Origin: Bacillota bacterium
Lineage (GTDB): Bacteria > Bacillota > Desulfotomaculia > Desulfotomaculales > Desulfocucumaceae
Assembly: GCA_049323755.1 (NCBI GenBank)
Contig: JBMOPE010000026.1
Coordinates: 115,495-139,494, forward strand
DNA length: 24,000 nucleotides
Reading direction: 5' to 3'
Both the position numbers and the translations under genes were made by a program. Below the pieces are notes generated by a model. The model was not told the origin of the DNA. It did not search any database and saw only the letters and a program-made list of their open reading frames with translations. This document shows, in pieces, positions 7,442-16,476 of the stretch (positions within the stretch are counted from its first letter, which is position 1; every line of letters starts with the position of its first letter).

Positions 7442-7487
7442 AACATTGAGCTTTTTAATAGCGGATATAAGTATTTTGGGGGAGCAT

Positions 7488-8696
7488 ATGAAAACACTGA
7501 CAGTTCTGGAGCTTACCAAACGTATTAAGGATTTGCTTGAAAACGACAGCGTTCTCTCAAACCTCTGGGTAAAGGGGGAGATATCAAACTTTAAGCAGGC
7601 TGGCAGTGGGCATATATACTTTACCCTTAAGGACAGCGAGAGCTGTATCAGGGCTGTAATGTTCAGGTCAAGGGCCTATAAAATGAAATTTATACCGGAA
7701 AACGGTATGTTTGTAAGAATAAGGGGGTATGTCTCTGTATATGACAGGGACGGGAGTTACCAGCTATATTGTGAAGAAATAGAGCCCGATGGTGTCGGCG
7801 CACTATACATTGCCTTTGAGCAGCTGAAAGAGAAACTTCACAGAGAAGGTTTATTTGATCCGGCCAGAAAAAAGAGAATTCCCGCCTTGCCGGAATGCAT
7901 CGGCATTGTAACCTCACCAACCGGGGCGGCCGTAAGGGACATGCTGGAAATAATTAGCCGCCGCTGGCCAGGAACAAAGATTGTTCTTGCCCCTGTAACC
8001 GTTCAGGGAGATAATGCTCCTTTTGAGATTGCCCTGGGTATAAAAAGGCTCAATGCGCTTGGAGAAGTTGATGTAATTGTAGTGGGCAGGGGCGGAGGCT
8101 CAATAGAGGAGCTATGGGCCTTTAACACCGAGAATGTGGCAAGGGCTGTCTATGAGTCAAAAATACCTGTAATATCTGCAGTTGGACATGAAACAGATTA
8201 TACCATTGCTGACATGGTGGCCGACTTAAGGGCACCTACCCCTTCCGCTGCCGCAGAGCTGGTAGTGCCTGTTAAGGCAGAAGTAGCATATAATCTTCAA
8301 TCCATGAAAACAAGAATGAGCCGGGCAGTGCGTGAATTGGTCATGAACGACAGGCGCCGCCTTGAAAACTGTGTCAGCAGCAAGGCTTTCAGGAGACCGG
8401 TAGACACCATCTGCGGAACCTGGGCTGTTGAGTGCGACATACTGCTAAAAGGGCTGACAAGGTCCTTACAGAGTTATATTTCAGGTGAAAAAAAGGCTTT
8501 TGCAGTGCTGGCAGGAAGACTGAGCGCCCTCAGCCCCCTGGCAACAATGGCCAGGGGCTATTCCGTGTGCAGTGACGAAGTATCCGGAAATATCATAAAA
8601 AGTTCAAATGAAATATCTATAGGAGACAACTTAAATATAAGGCTGTACAAGGGAATTTTAAAATGCAGCGTAAAGAATGTCATACATGAGCAGTAA
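7488..8696 (+). CDS. xseA: Exodeoxyribonuclease VII large subunit
   Basis: N-terminal OB-fold region (VWVKGEISNFKQAGSGHIYFTLKD) and catalytic core VGRGGGSIEELWAFN and SAVGHETD. ATG 7488 follows GGGGGAG. The 17 codons upstream lack an SD and overlap the promoter. Confidence 0.9.
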   Translation: MKTLTVLELTKRIKDLLENDSVLSNLWVKGEISNFKQAGSGHIYFTLKDSESCIRAVMFRSRAYKMKFIPENGMFVRIRGYVSVYDRDGSYQLYCEEIEPDGVGALYIAFEQLKEKLHREGLFDPARKKRIPALPECIGIVTSPTGAAVRDMLEIISRRWPGTKIVLAPVTVQGDNAPFEIALGIKRLNALGEVDVIVVGRGGGSIEELWAFNTENVARAVYESKIPVISAVGHETDYTIADMVADLRAPTPSAAAELVVPVKAEVAYNLQSMKTRMSRAVRELVMNDRRRLENCVSSKAFRRPVDTICGTWAVECDILLKGLTRSLQSYISGEKKAFAVLAGRLSALSPLATMARGYSVCSDEVSGNIIKSSNEISIGDNLNIRLYKGILKCSVKNVIHEQ

Positions 8697-8781
8697 AAAT
8701 TGTACTTCAAGGCATAAGTTATTAACACTGTTCATTATACTGGTATTTGGATATAATCAATAATGAAGTAGAGATCAGGAA

Positions 8782-9759
8782 GTGATCCGGTTGACCCGGG
8801 ATATTGCCCGATATAATATTTATTCAGAATATCTTAAAAAACTGTTTGGGGAAAAAGTATACAAGATTCCTGTGAATCTCCCCGGGACATGCCCCAATAG
8901 GGATGGCACCGTGGGTCAGGGCGGCTGTATATTCTGTGATGAAGAGGGAGCAGGTTTCCAGTGCCTTCCCAGTTCTATGTCTGTAAAAAAACAAATAGAG
9001 GATAATAAAGAGTATTTCAAGAAAAGATTTAATGCGAAAAAATTCATCGTTTATTTTCAGGCTTTTACAAATACCTACACTCCCTTTTCACTGTTTAAGG
9101 AAAATATCCTGGGCGCCATTTCCGGGGATGTTGTTGGCATATCGATATCAACGAGGCCTGACTGCATTAATGACCGGTACCTTGATTTTTTAAAAGAAGT
9201 TAAGGAAAACTATAGCCTTGAAATTGATATTGAGCTAGGCCTGCAGACGGTTAATTATCACACCCTGAAAAAAATTAACAGGGGACATACACTGGCTGAA
9301 TTTATAGATTCAGTAATCCGAATCCATAAAAGACAATTTAATGTATGTTCACACATAATATTGAATCTCCCCTGGGATGAAACAGATGATTCCATAGAGA
9401 GCGCCAAAATTATTTCCGCCCTCGGTATACGCTTTGCAAAGCTTCACTCTTTGTATGTTGTAGACAATACTGTGCTGGGGGAGATGTACAAAAACAATGA
9501 ATTTGAGATATCTACCCTCGAGGAGTATATAGATAGATTGGTTTTATTTCTGGAATATCTAAACCCCAGAGTAGTAATCCAGAGGCTGGTAGGAAAAGGT
9601 CCGGAAGAGAGCCTTCTTTTTTCGAACTGGGGTACAAGCTGGTGGAAAATAAAACAGGCTATAGAAAATGAACTTATAAAAAGAGATACATGGCAGGGAA
9701 AAAAATTTAACTACCTTAATGGAAGTGCCTTAACAAGGGGCGGGCTGACCGATCGATAA
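8782..9759 (+). CDS. TIGR01212-family (YhcC-like) radical SAM protein
   Basis: N-terminus FGEKVYKIPVNLPGTCPNRDGTVGQGGCIFCDEEG closely parallels E. coli YhcC as I recall it (...YGQKVHKL...CPNRDGT.G.GGC.FC). GTG start; the exact start is uncertain. Confidence 0.8.
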   Translation: MIRLTRDIARYNIYSEYLKKLFGEKVYKIPVNLPGTCPNRDGTVGQGGCIFCDEEGAGFQCLPSSMSVKKQIEDNKEYFKKRFNAKKFIVYFQAFTNTYTPFSLFKENILGAISGDVVGISISTRPDCINDRYLDFLKEVKENYSLEIDIELGLQTVNYHTLKKINRGHTLAEFIDSVIRIHKRQFNVCSHIILNLPWDETDDSIESAKIISALGIRFAKLHSLYVVDNTVLGEMYKNNEFEISTLEEYIDRLVLFLEYLNPRVVIQRLVGKGPEESLLFSNWGTSWWKIKQAIENELIKRDTWQGKKFNYLNGSALTRGGLTDR

Positions 9760-9783
9760 ATATAACTGGAGGCTAAATGGCTT

Positions 9784-10011
9784 ATGGGTAAAAAAAAGAT
9801 TACTTTTGAAGATGCTATAAAAAGGCTGGAAGAAATAGTCCGGGAGCTTGAGGACGGCCAGCTGCCCCTGGAAAAAGCACTGGAACTGTATTCAGAAGGA
9901 ATTAATATAAGCAAGTTTTGCCAGTCTTCACTGGAAGAAGCTGAACAGCGTATTATGGTTCTAATGAATGGAGAAGACAATAAATTAAACCTTAAAGAAT
10001 TCGGTGCATAA
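9784..10011 (+). CDS. xseB: Exodeoxyribonuclease VII small subunit
   Basis: 75 aa helical protein with [32 protein letters not shown], typical of XseB. Confidence 0.9.
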   Translation: MGKKKITFEDAIKRLEEIVRELEDGQLPLEKALELYSEGINISKFCQSSLEEAEQRIMVLMNGEDNKLNLKEFGA

Positions 10012-10034
10012 AAAGTAAAACAAGGAGAATTTGC

Positions 10035-10925
10035 TTGGATTTTAGAAAAGAGCTGAATGAGAGGGCAATAATTGTAAACGGTGCTCTGGAAAGTTATCTC
10101 CCCTCATATAACGATTATCCCGGCATAATACACGAGGCAATACGATACAGCATTTTTGCAGGGGGTAAAAGGCTAAGGCCTGCTTTGGCCCTTGCTGGGG
10201 CTGAGATTTTAGGCGGTAATGCAAGAGATATTCTTCCTGTGGCATGCTCTCTGGAAATGATTCATACTTATTCACTGATACATGATGACCTGCCGGCCAT
10301 GGATGATGATGACCTCAGACGGGGGATGCCAACTTGTCATAAGAAATACGGCGAAGCCATTGCCATCCTGGCTGGTGATGCCCTTTTGACAATGGCATTT
10401 GAGCTGATAGCAAAGTGTCCCCTGACAGCTATAATTACTCCTGATAGGATATTAAGGGTTTTATCTGAAATATCGGTGGCTGCGGGCACATCAGGGCTCA
10501 TAGGGGGCCAGGTGGTCGACATCCTGTCAACTCCTGAAAAAGTCGACAGCCACATCCTGGAATATATTCACAGAAATAAAACCGGCGCCATGTACAGAGT
10601 TTCAGTAAGGGCCGGCGCAATTCTTTCCGGAGCCGGAGAGGATGACCTGGATAAGCTTACAAGGTATGCTGAACACCTTGGAATGGCTTTTCAGATTACT
10701 GACGATATATTGGATATAACAGGGGAAGAAAAAAATATAGGAAAGCCTGTGAATAGTGACATTAAAAACAACAAAGCAACATACCCGTCTCTTTATGGCC
10801 TGGAAGCAGCTCGTAAAATGGCAATACAACAAATGAATCTTGCTCTGGAATCCATTGAGTCATTCGGCTGCAGGGCTGATTTTTTAAATGGGCTGGTAAA
10901 GTTTGTTGTAAGCAGAAGTTACTGA
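10035..10925 (+). CDS. ispA: Farnesyl/geranyl diphosphate synthase (polyprenyl synthetase)
   Basis: First Asp-rich motif LIHDDLPAMDDDDLRRG and second motif FQITDDILD. TTG start behind AAGGAG. Confidence 0.9.
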   Translation: MDFRKELNERAIIVNGALESYLPSYNDYPGIIHEAIRYSIFAGGKRLRPALALAGAEILGGNARDILPVACSLEMIHTYSLIHDDLPAMDDDDLRRGMPTCHKKYGEAIAILAGDALLTMAFELIAKCPLTAIITPDRILRVLSEISVAAGTSGLIGGQVVDILSTPEKVDSHILEYIHRNKTGAMYRVSVRAGAILSGAGEDDLDKLTRYAEHLGMAFQITDDILDITGEEKNIGKPVNSDIKNNKATYPSLYGLEAARKMAIQQMNLALESIESFGCRADFLNGLVKFVVSRSY

Positions 10926-10926
10926 G

Positions 10927-11520
10927 GTGTTTTTTTTGGCAAACTATAAGTCATCGGTATCAGCATTGTATATTATTTTAGTCAGCGTGGGGTCTTTTAT
11001 TCTGGCAGTGTTTTTTTTCTGGCTTTCACATATTTTGTCCCAAAAAATACAAAGCCTTGTTCTTTCTATAATTTTCTTGTTAATAATTATACTCGTAGGA
11101 ATACTGGCCGATATACTGGGAGTTTCCGTAACTGCAGCGTCAGAGGCGCCTCTTCACGCCAGGGCCGCCAAGAAGGTTACAGGTGCTGCAGAAGGAGTAT
11201 TTTTAATAAGGAATGCTGACCGGGTAGCCAACCTGGCCAATGATGTTGTGGGCGATATTGCCGGAACGGTTAGCGGTGCCCTTGGAATATCCCTGGTCAT
11301 ACAGCTTCTTGTATACTGGAAGGATAGCAGCCAGCTTTTGCTGAACATGTTATTGACGGCACTTATAGCAGCCGCTACTGTAGGCGGGAAGGCATACGGA
11401 AAAAGGCTTGCGCTGGTGCATGCTGAAGAAATAGTGTTTATTGCAGGCAGATTTCTTCATGGTATATCCATGTTAACCGGAAAAGATTTTACTACCAAAT
11501 CCAAGAAAACTTCCAGGTGA
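10927..11520 (+). CDS. Integral membrane protein of unknown function (about 4 TM; possibly a stand-alone DUF21/CNNM-like TM domain)
   Basis: Four hydrophobic segments. The loop [15 protein letters not shown]...[20 protein letters not shown] loosely resembles the SE(T/A)A...R..(N)..GN pattern of DUF21; this is from memory and unverified. It starts 2 nt after the ispA stop. Confidence 0.5.
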   Translation: MFFLANYKSSVSALYIILVSVGSFILAVFFFWLSHILSQKIQSLVLSIIFLLIIILVGILADILGVSVTAASEAPLHARAAKKVTGAAEGVFLIRNADRVANLANDVVGDIAGTVSGALGISLVIQLLVYWKDSSQLLLNMLLTALIAAATVGGKAYGKRLALVHAEEIVFIAGRFLHGISMLTGKDFTTKSKKTSR

Positions 11521-11533
11521 GGAGTGTTTTAAG

Positions 11534-13465
11534 TTGAGCCTGCTGTCCGATATAAACGGGCCGTCAGATATAAAAAAGTTGCCTATACCGAGACTATATG
11601 AACTGGCGTCTGAGATACGAAAGGAAATAATTGAAACGGTTTCCCAAAACGGTGGCCACCTGGCGCCTAACCTGGGTGTGGTGGAGCTTACAATTGCACT
11701 GCACAGGGTCTTTGAATCACCTGGTGACAAAATAGTGTGGGATGTTGGACACCAGTGCTATATTCATAAGATTATCACAGGCAGGAGGGAGAGCTTTGCA
11801 AGCCTTAGGCAGCATGGCGGCATAAGCGGCTTTCCCCGGCCTGATGAGTGCGAGCATGATGCCTTTGTTGCCGGACACAGCAGCACATCTATTTCAGTAG
11901 CCATTGGCATGGCTATAGCCAGAGACTTGAAAGGGCAAAAGCACTCGGTAACCGCTGTTATTGGCGATGGCGCAATGACCGGCGGCATGGCCTTTGAAGC
12001 TTTAAATCATGCCGGACACCTTCAGAAAGACCTTATTGTTATACTAAATGATAATGAAATGTCCATTGCTAAAAATGTAGGGGGTATGGCACGATATTTA
12101 AGCCGTCTCAGGACTGACCCCATGTATTCCAGGGGAAAGGAAGAGGCAGAGCAGCTTCTTAAAAAAATACCAGCCATTGGCCCAACAGTTCTAAAGGCTG
12201 TGGAAAGATTAAAGGACAGCTTTAAATACCTTGTTGTTCCCGGTATGTTTTTCGAGGAGCTAGGTTTCGTATATCTTGGCCCGATAGACGGGCATAACAT
12301 CCAGGATATGGTAAGGGTCTTTAACCAGGCCAGGGCTATGGGGGGACCTGTACTTATTCATGTTATTACCAAAAAAGGAAAGGGTTATTCCCACGCTGAA
12401 AAAAATCCTGGTAAATTTCACGGCATAGGCCCCTTTGACCTGGAAACCGGAATACCGAAAGGAAAAACCACGGCGCCATCATATACTGAAGTATTTGGTA
12501 AAACCATGGTTAGGCTGGCAGAGCAGGACAGGTCAATTCTCGCCATAACTGCAGCCATGACAGGTGGAACCGGTCTAACGGAATTCTCAAAAAGATTTCC
12601 GGAAAGATTTTTCGATGTGGGTATAGCCGAGCAGCATGCAGTTACTATGGCGGCAGCAATGGCCTCAAACAACTTAAAGCCTGTGGTAGCCGTATATTCA
12701 ACATTTTTGCAGAGAGCCTATGACCAGGCAGTACATGATGTCTGCATGCAGGGACTGCCGGTAACCTTTGCCATAGACAGGGGCGGCCTTGTCGGCGAAG
12801 ACGGTCCTACCCACCACGGCGTTTTTGACCTGTCATACCTTAGTCAAATTCCAAACATGGTGGTTATGGCTCCAAAGGACGAAAATGAACTGGGTCATAT
12901 GCTAAAAACAGCCATTTATTATAATGGCCCCACAGCGGTAAGGTATCCAAGAGGTGAGGGAAGAGGCTGCATTAAGGATGATAACCTGGTAAACCTTCCC
13001 ATTGGAAAGTCTGAGGTATTAATCGACGGAAATGAGATAGCTATTTTTGCGGTGGGAGCAATGGTGGAAATAGCGGAAAGAGCTGCAGAGGCTCTCACCA
13101 GGCAGGGAATATCCGTTGCGCTGATTAATGCAAGATTTGTAAAACCTATTGATATTGATTGTGTACTTAAATATGTAAGCAAAACACAAAGGATCATTAC
13201 AATTGAGGAAAATATTATAGCAGGAGGCTTCGGAAGCAGGGTTCTGGAAGCTATTAGCGACTTGGGAATCGGTGGCGTCAAGGTAAAGATAATGGGGCTT
13301 CCTGATAGTTTTATTGAGCATGGTGAAAGAAAACTGCTTCTGGCTAAATATGGCCTCACAGTCGATGAAGTTATTATAAATGCTTTTAATCTCTTAAACC
13401 TAAGGCATTTCCAAAATCCAAGGAGACGAACAAGATTATCCGGAGGTTCCACGATTGACCGTTAA
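11534..13465 (+). CDS. dxs: 1-deoxy-D-xylulose-5-phosphate synthase
   Basis: 643 aa with [24 protein letters not shown], the TPP motif [15 protein letters not shown], and [12 protein letters not shown] start behind GGTGAGGAG. Confidence 0.95.
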   Translation: MSLLSDINGPSDIKKLPIPRLYELASEIRKEIIETVSQNGGHLAPNLGVVELTIALHRVFESPGDKIVWDVGHQCYIHKIITGRRESFASLRQHGGISGFPRPDECEHDAFVAGHSSTSISVAIGMAIARDLKGQKHSVTAVIGDGAMTGGMAFEALNHAGHLQKDLIVILNDNEMSIAKNVGGMARYLSRLRTDPMYSRGKEEAEQLLKKIPAIGPTVLKAVERLKDSFKYLVVPGMFFEELGFVYLGPIDGHNIQDMVRVFNQARAMGGPVLIHVITKKGKGYSHAEKNPGKFHGIGPFDLETGIPKGKTTAPSYTEVFGKTMVRLAEQDRSILAITAAMTGGTGLTEFSKRFPERFFDVGIAEQHAVTMAAAMASNNLKPVVAVYSTFLQRAYDQAVHDVCMQGLPVTFAIDRGGLVGEDGPTHHGVFDLSYLSQIPNMVVMAPKDENELGHMLKTAIYYNGPTAVRYPRGEGRGCIKDDNLVNLPIGKSEVLIDGNEIAIFAVGAMVEIAERAAEALTRQGISVALINARFVKPIDIDCVLKYVSKTQRIITIEENIIAGGFGSRVLEAISDLGIGGVKVKIMGLPDSFIEHGERKLLLAKYGLTVDEVIINAFNLLNLRHFQNPRRRTRLSGGSTIDR

Positions 13466-14264
13466 CAGGGAAAGAATAGATGTTTTATTGCATGACAGAG
13501 GCCTTTTTGAAAGTAGAGAGCGCGCCAAGGCATCTATTATGGCCGGGAAGGTCAGGGTGAACGGTGAAACTGTAGACAAGCCCGGGGTAAAGATCCCTGT
13601 AGACTCTCAAATAGAAGTTATTGGCGGACTACCTTATGTCAGCAGGGGAGGTCTAAAACTTGAAAAGGCACTAAAGTCTTTTGATATCGACCTTAAGGGT
13701 AAAACTGTCCTTGATGTGGGTGCGTCAACAGGGGGATTTACCGACTGCGCACTGCAAAATGGCGCAGTCAGGGTATACGCCGTTGACGTCGGCTACGGCC
13801 AGCTTGCGTGGAAATTAAGGTCAGACCCCAGGGTAATCGCCATAGAAAGGACTAATATAAAAAGACTTAGTCTGGAGAATTTAGTGGACAGGCCTGATTT
13901 CGTGGTAATAGATGTATCTTTTATATCTCTTGAAAAAGTTATGCCACATATATCAGGGCTTGTTAGTAGTTCTTCCAGGGGAGTTGCCCTTATAAAGCCG
14001 CAATTTGAGGCCGGCCGTGAAAAAGTCGGCAAGAAAGGTGTAGTAAAGGATCCTGACGTACACATAGAAGTCATAAACAAGGTAGTTAAAATGATTGAGG
14101 ATAATGGATGGTCGGTTATTAGTCTGGATTTTTCACCTATAAAGGGACCCGAGGGGAATATTGAATATCTTCTTTATTTCGATTTTTCCGGTCCCGGTAT
14201 TTTTGATAAAGCAAAAATTGATAAAATAGTTCTTAAGGCCCATGCTGAGATAAAAACTAATTAA
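13455..14264 (+). CDS. tlyA: TlyA-family rRNA 2'-O-methyltransferase (hemolysin A-like)
   Basis: N-terminal S4 domain ([31 protein letters not shown]) and an FtsJ-type SAM fold ([14 protein letters not shown]). TTG start 8 nt after GGAGG. It overlaps the dxs end by 11 nt. Confidence 0.9.
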   Translation: MTVNRERIDVLLHDRGLFESRERAKASIMAGKVRVNGETVDKPGVKIPVDSQIEVIGGLPYVSRGGLKLEKALKSFDIDLKGKTVLDVGASTGGFTDCALQNGAVRVYAVDVGYGQLAWKLRSDPRVIAIERTNIKRLSLENLVDRPDFVVIDVSFISLEKVMPHISGLVSSSSRGVALIKPQFEAGREKVGKKGVVKDPDVHIEVINKVVKMIEDNGWSVISLDFSPIKGPEGNIEYLLYFDFSGPGIFDKAKIDKIVLKAHAEIKTN

Positions 14265-14321
14265 GATAACCGGGCCGTATAAAACGGCCACCAATGAGGA
14301 TGAAAATTGGGTCCTCTAAAA

Positions 14322-14473
14322 CCACAGAGAACACAGAGCACACAGAGGTTTTTAAGCCCTGCTTGTAAGCTTTAAGAGTATTTAAGGGTACACTTCTCTA
14401 TTATTTAACTCGCGTTTAGACCTCATAGTAATGCCTGAGAGTAAATTCTCTGTGATCTCTGTGGCCTCTGTGG
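14322..14473. repeat. Copy B of the inverted-repeat (MITE/REP-like) element
   Basis: Left arm CCACAGAGAACACAGAGCACACAGAGG and right arm AAATTCTCTGTGATCTCTGTGGCCTCTGTGG. The subterminal blocks TTTTT..GCCCTGC.TG and AGTA.TGCCTGAGA..AATTCTCTGTG are shared with copy A. Same orientation as copy A. Confidence 0.8.
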
Positions 14474-14553
14474 TTCATAAAAGGACATTCAGTATTTCCA
14501 GGACAGAATTTCAGTACAAGGCATTTCTAGGATTAAATACAAAGGGTATTTTC

Positions 14554-15438
14554 GTGACCCGGGAGGGGGCTACCAAATCGAAATCCATCGGCATAACGGT
14601 AAATCTTCAAAAAGCAGGCATTGAAAAAATTGTAGGAGACATATGTGTGTGGCTGGAGGACAGGGGAATAGCCGTTACCCTCCAGGACAATCTCTTAAAC
14701 CTCCTTCCCAATAATGCCCGGCATGAAAATATTGACGAAATGCTGAAAAAAATTGACTGCTTGCTTGTGTTCGGAGGAGATGGCACAATTCTAAGGAGTT
14801 CAAGAATTGCAGCAAAATATGGTGTTCCCCTGCTTGGAATTAACCTGGGACACCTTGGCTTTCTTTCTGAAATAGATGTGCCGGATATAAAGGAAGACCT
14901 TGCCAGTATTCTAAATAATGAGTATTACATCGAAGAAAGAATGATGATAGAGGCCTCGGTATTACGTGACGGAAGAATAATTGACAGCGCAACAGGCTTA
15001 AACGATGCTGTAATAACAAAGGGGGCCTTTGCCAGACTCATTTTACTTGAAACCAGAGTTAACGGAGAGCATGTCAGCAATTATCCCACCGATGGCCTTA
15101 TATTATCCACCCCTACCGGCTCAACTGCATACTCTCTTTCGGCAGGAGGTCCCGTGGTTACTCCTGAAATGGAATTGATGATTATAACGCCAATTTGCCC
15201 TCATGCCCTTTGGGCAAGGCCCATAGTTATCGCCCCTGAATCCGAGGTAGAGGTTGAGCTTTTATCCGAAAAAGGAGAAGTCATGCTGACTATTGATGGT
15301 CAGCACGGACTGAATCTTTTTAAAAATGATATTGTGAAGATAACCAGATCTCCATATAAAGTGAAATTTATTAGACTTAAAACCCGAAATTTCTTCAGGG
15401 TTTTGAAACAAAAACTAAGGGAGGGAAACACGCCTTGA
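14554..15438 (+). CDS. nadK: NAD(+) kinase
   Basis: GGDGT motif (LVFGGDGTILR), NDAVI, and DGLILSTPTGSTAYSLSAGGP. The start is uncertain. The ORF-track start at 14431 translates the repeat arm. GTG 14554 is the best in-frame start, although a strong GGGAGGGGG at 14561-14569 has no canonical start codon at the right spacing. Confidence 0.85.
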   Translation: MTREGATKSKSIGITVNLQKAGIEKIVGDICVWLEDRGIAVTLQDNLLNLLPNNARHENIDEMLKKIDCLLVFGGDGTILRSSRIAAKYGVPLLGINLGHLGFLSEIDVPDIKEDLASILNNEYYIEERMMIEASVLRDGRIIDSATGLNDAVITKGAFARLILLETRVNGEHVSNYPTDGLILSTPTGSTAYSLSAGGPVVTPEMELMIITPICPHALWARPIVIAPESEVEVELLSEKGEVMLTIDGQHGLNLFKNDIVKITRSPYKVKFIRLKTRNFFRVLKQKLREGNTP

Positions 15439-16019
15439 TAACTCCCGGGCGACCTGAAAGCGCCGTCCACTGGGCAAGGGCTTTTATTCAGCCTGCTTTA
15501 AAAAACGGATCAAAGGTCGTTGATGCCACTGCTGGAAATGGCAATGATACATTATTTCTTGCAGTTAATACCGGCGATGAGGGGATAGTCTACGCATTTG
15601 ACATTCAGGAAGAAGCTTTAGAAGAGACCGGCAAAAAAATTACAGAGGCCGGCCTTAGCTCAAAGGTAAAGCTTATTCTTGGCGGGCATGAGGACATGGA
15701 AAGATATGTTCCTATCAGTTTGGATGCGGTAATGTTCAATCTGGGATATCTGCCCGGCAGCAATAAAAAAGTTATTACAAAGCCTGAGACAACATTAAAG
15801 GGGATAAAGGCTTCTTTAAAACTTCTAAAGCCGGGTGGCCGTGTTAGTATAGTTGTGTACACAGGCCATCCCGGCTCAATAGAAGAGTCGGCTGAAGTGT
15901 CCAAAGAGTTGGCAGCCATTAGTGAAAAGGAATTTTCTGTGCAAAAAATGATTTTTTGGAACAGCCGAAAAGAAAGCCCCCAAATATATTTTGTTACCAA
16001 GTCCGGAGAGATAATATGA
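15435..16019 (+). CDS. mnmM: YtqB/MnmM-type class I SAM-dependent methyltransferase
   Basis: VVDATAGNGNDTLFLA, VYAFDIQEEA, MFNLGYLPG and VVYTGHPG parallel B. subtilis YtqB as I recall it. The TTG start overlaps the nadK stop (TTGA), 8 nt after AGGGAGGGA. Confidence 0.65.
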   Translation: MITPGRPESAVHWARAFIQPALKNGSKVVDATAGNGNDTLFLAVNTGDEGIVYAFDIQEEALEETGKKITEAGLSSKVKLILGGHEDMERYVPISLDAVMFNLGYLPGSNKKVITKPETTLKGIKASLKLLKPGGRVSIVVYTGHPGSIEESAEVSKELAAISEKEFSVQKMIFWNSRKESPQIYFVTKSGEII

Positions 16020-16474
16020 TTAAATCAATCAGGCAAAAAAGAATTATTGATATTATCAAAACAAAATCTATCGAAACCCAGGAACAGCTGGCTGAAGAAT
16101 TGGGAAGCGCAGGCTTTTTCATTACCCAGGCAACTGTTTCCAGGGATGTAAAGGAATTGGGTCTGATTAAAGTGCCTGTTGACGGCAATGTGTCTGTTTA
16201 TGCTCTCCCAGAGATTAAGTCTTTACCTGTAAATGAGGGAAGGCTTAAAAGATTAATTATTAATTCTGTGCAAAGCATAGATCATAGTGAAAATCTGATA
16301 GTCATTAAAACACTGCCGGGTGAAGCGCAGGGAGTAGCGTCAGCAATAGATAATTCTGACTGGCCGGGAGTAATCGGAACGGTGGCTGGAGACGACACAA
16401 TTATTATTGTTGTAAAGCCAAAGGGCGCTGTTGAAAATATATTAAACCGTTTTAACGATATTTCCGGAGGTTAG
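16016..16474 (+). CDS. argR: Arginine repressor
   Basis: Winged-helix N-terminus (QEQLAEELGSAGFFITQATVSRDVKELGL) and C-terminal oligomerisation motif GTVAGDDTIIIV. ATG 16016 overlaps the upstream stop (ATGA) and follows GGAGAG. The 20 codons upstream in the ORF track are discarded. Confidence 0.9.
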   Translation: MIKSIRQKRIIDIIKTKSIETQEQLAEELGSAGFFITQATVSRDVKELGLIKVPVDGNVSVYALPEIKSLPVNEGRLKRLIINSVQSIDHSENLIVIKTLPGEAQGVASAIDNSDWPGVIGTVAGDDTIIIVVKPKGAVENILNRFNDISGG

Positions 16475-16476
16475 AC

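Noticed and set aside
7437-7487. Upstream in-frame extensions of xseA (7437), nfnB (5004), argR (15956), GT2 (22765) and accB (90) in the ORF track
   Set aside because: In each case a downstream start has a properly spaced SD and restores the family-typical N-terminus. The extensions overlap a promoter or the upstream gene.
12919-13452. 177-aa and 100-aa minus-strand ORFs opposite the dxs 3' end
   Set aside because: They are antisense to dxs and have no recognisable features, so they are shadow ORFs.
14431-14553. The ORF-track N-terminal extension of nadK
   Set aside because: The first ~15 codons are a translation of the repeat arm (CTCTGTG units), and the rest has no NadK-like sequence. 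The conserved NadK sequence begins at KSIGITVN.
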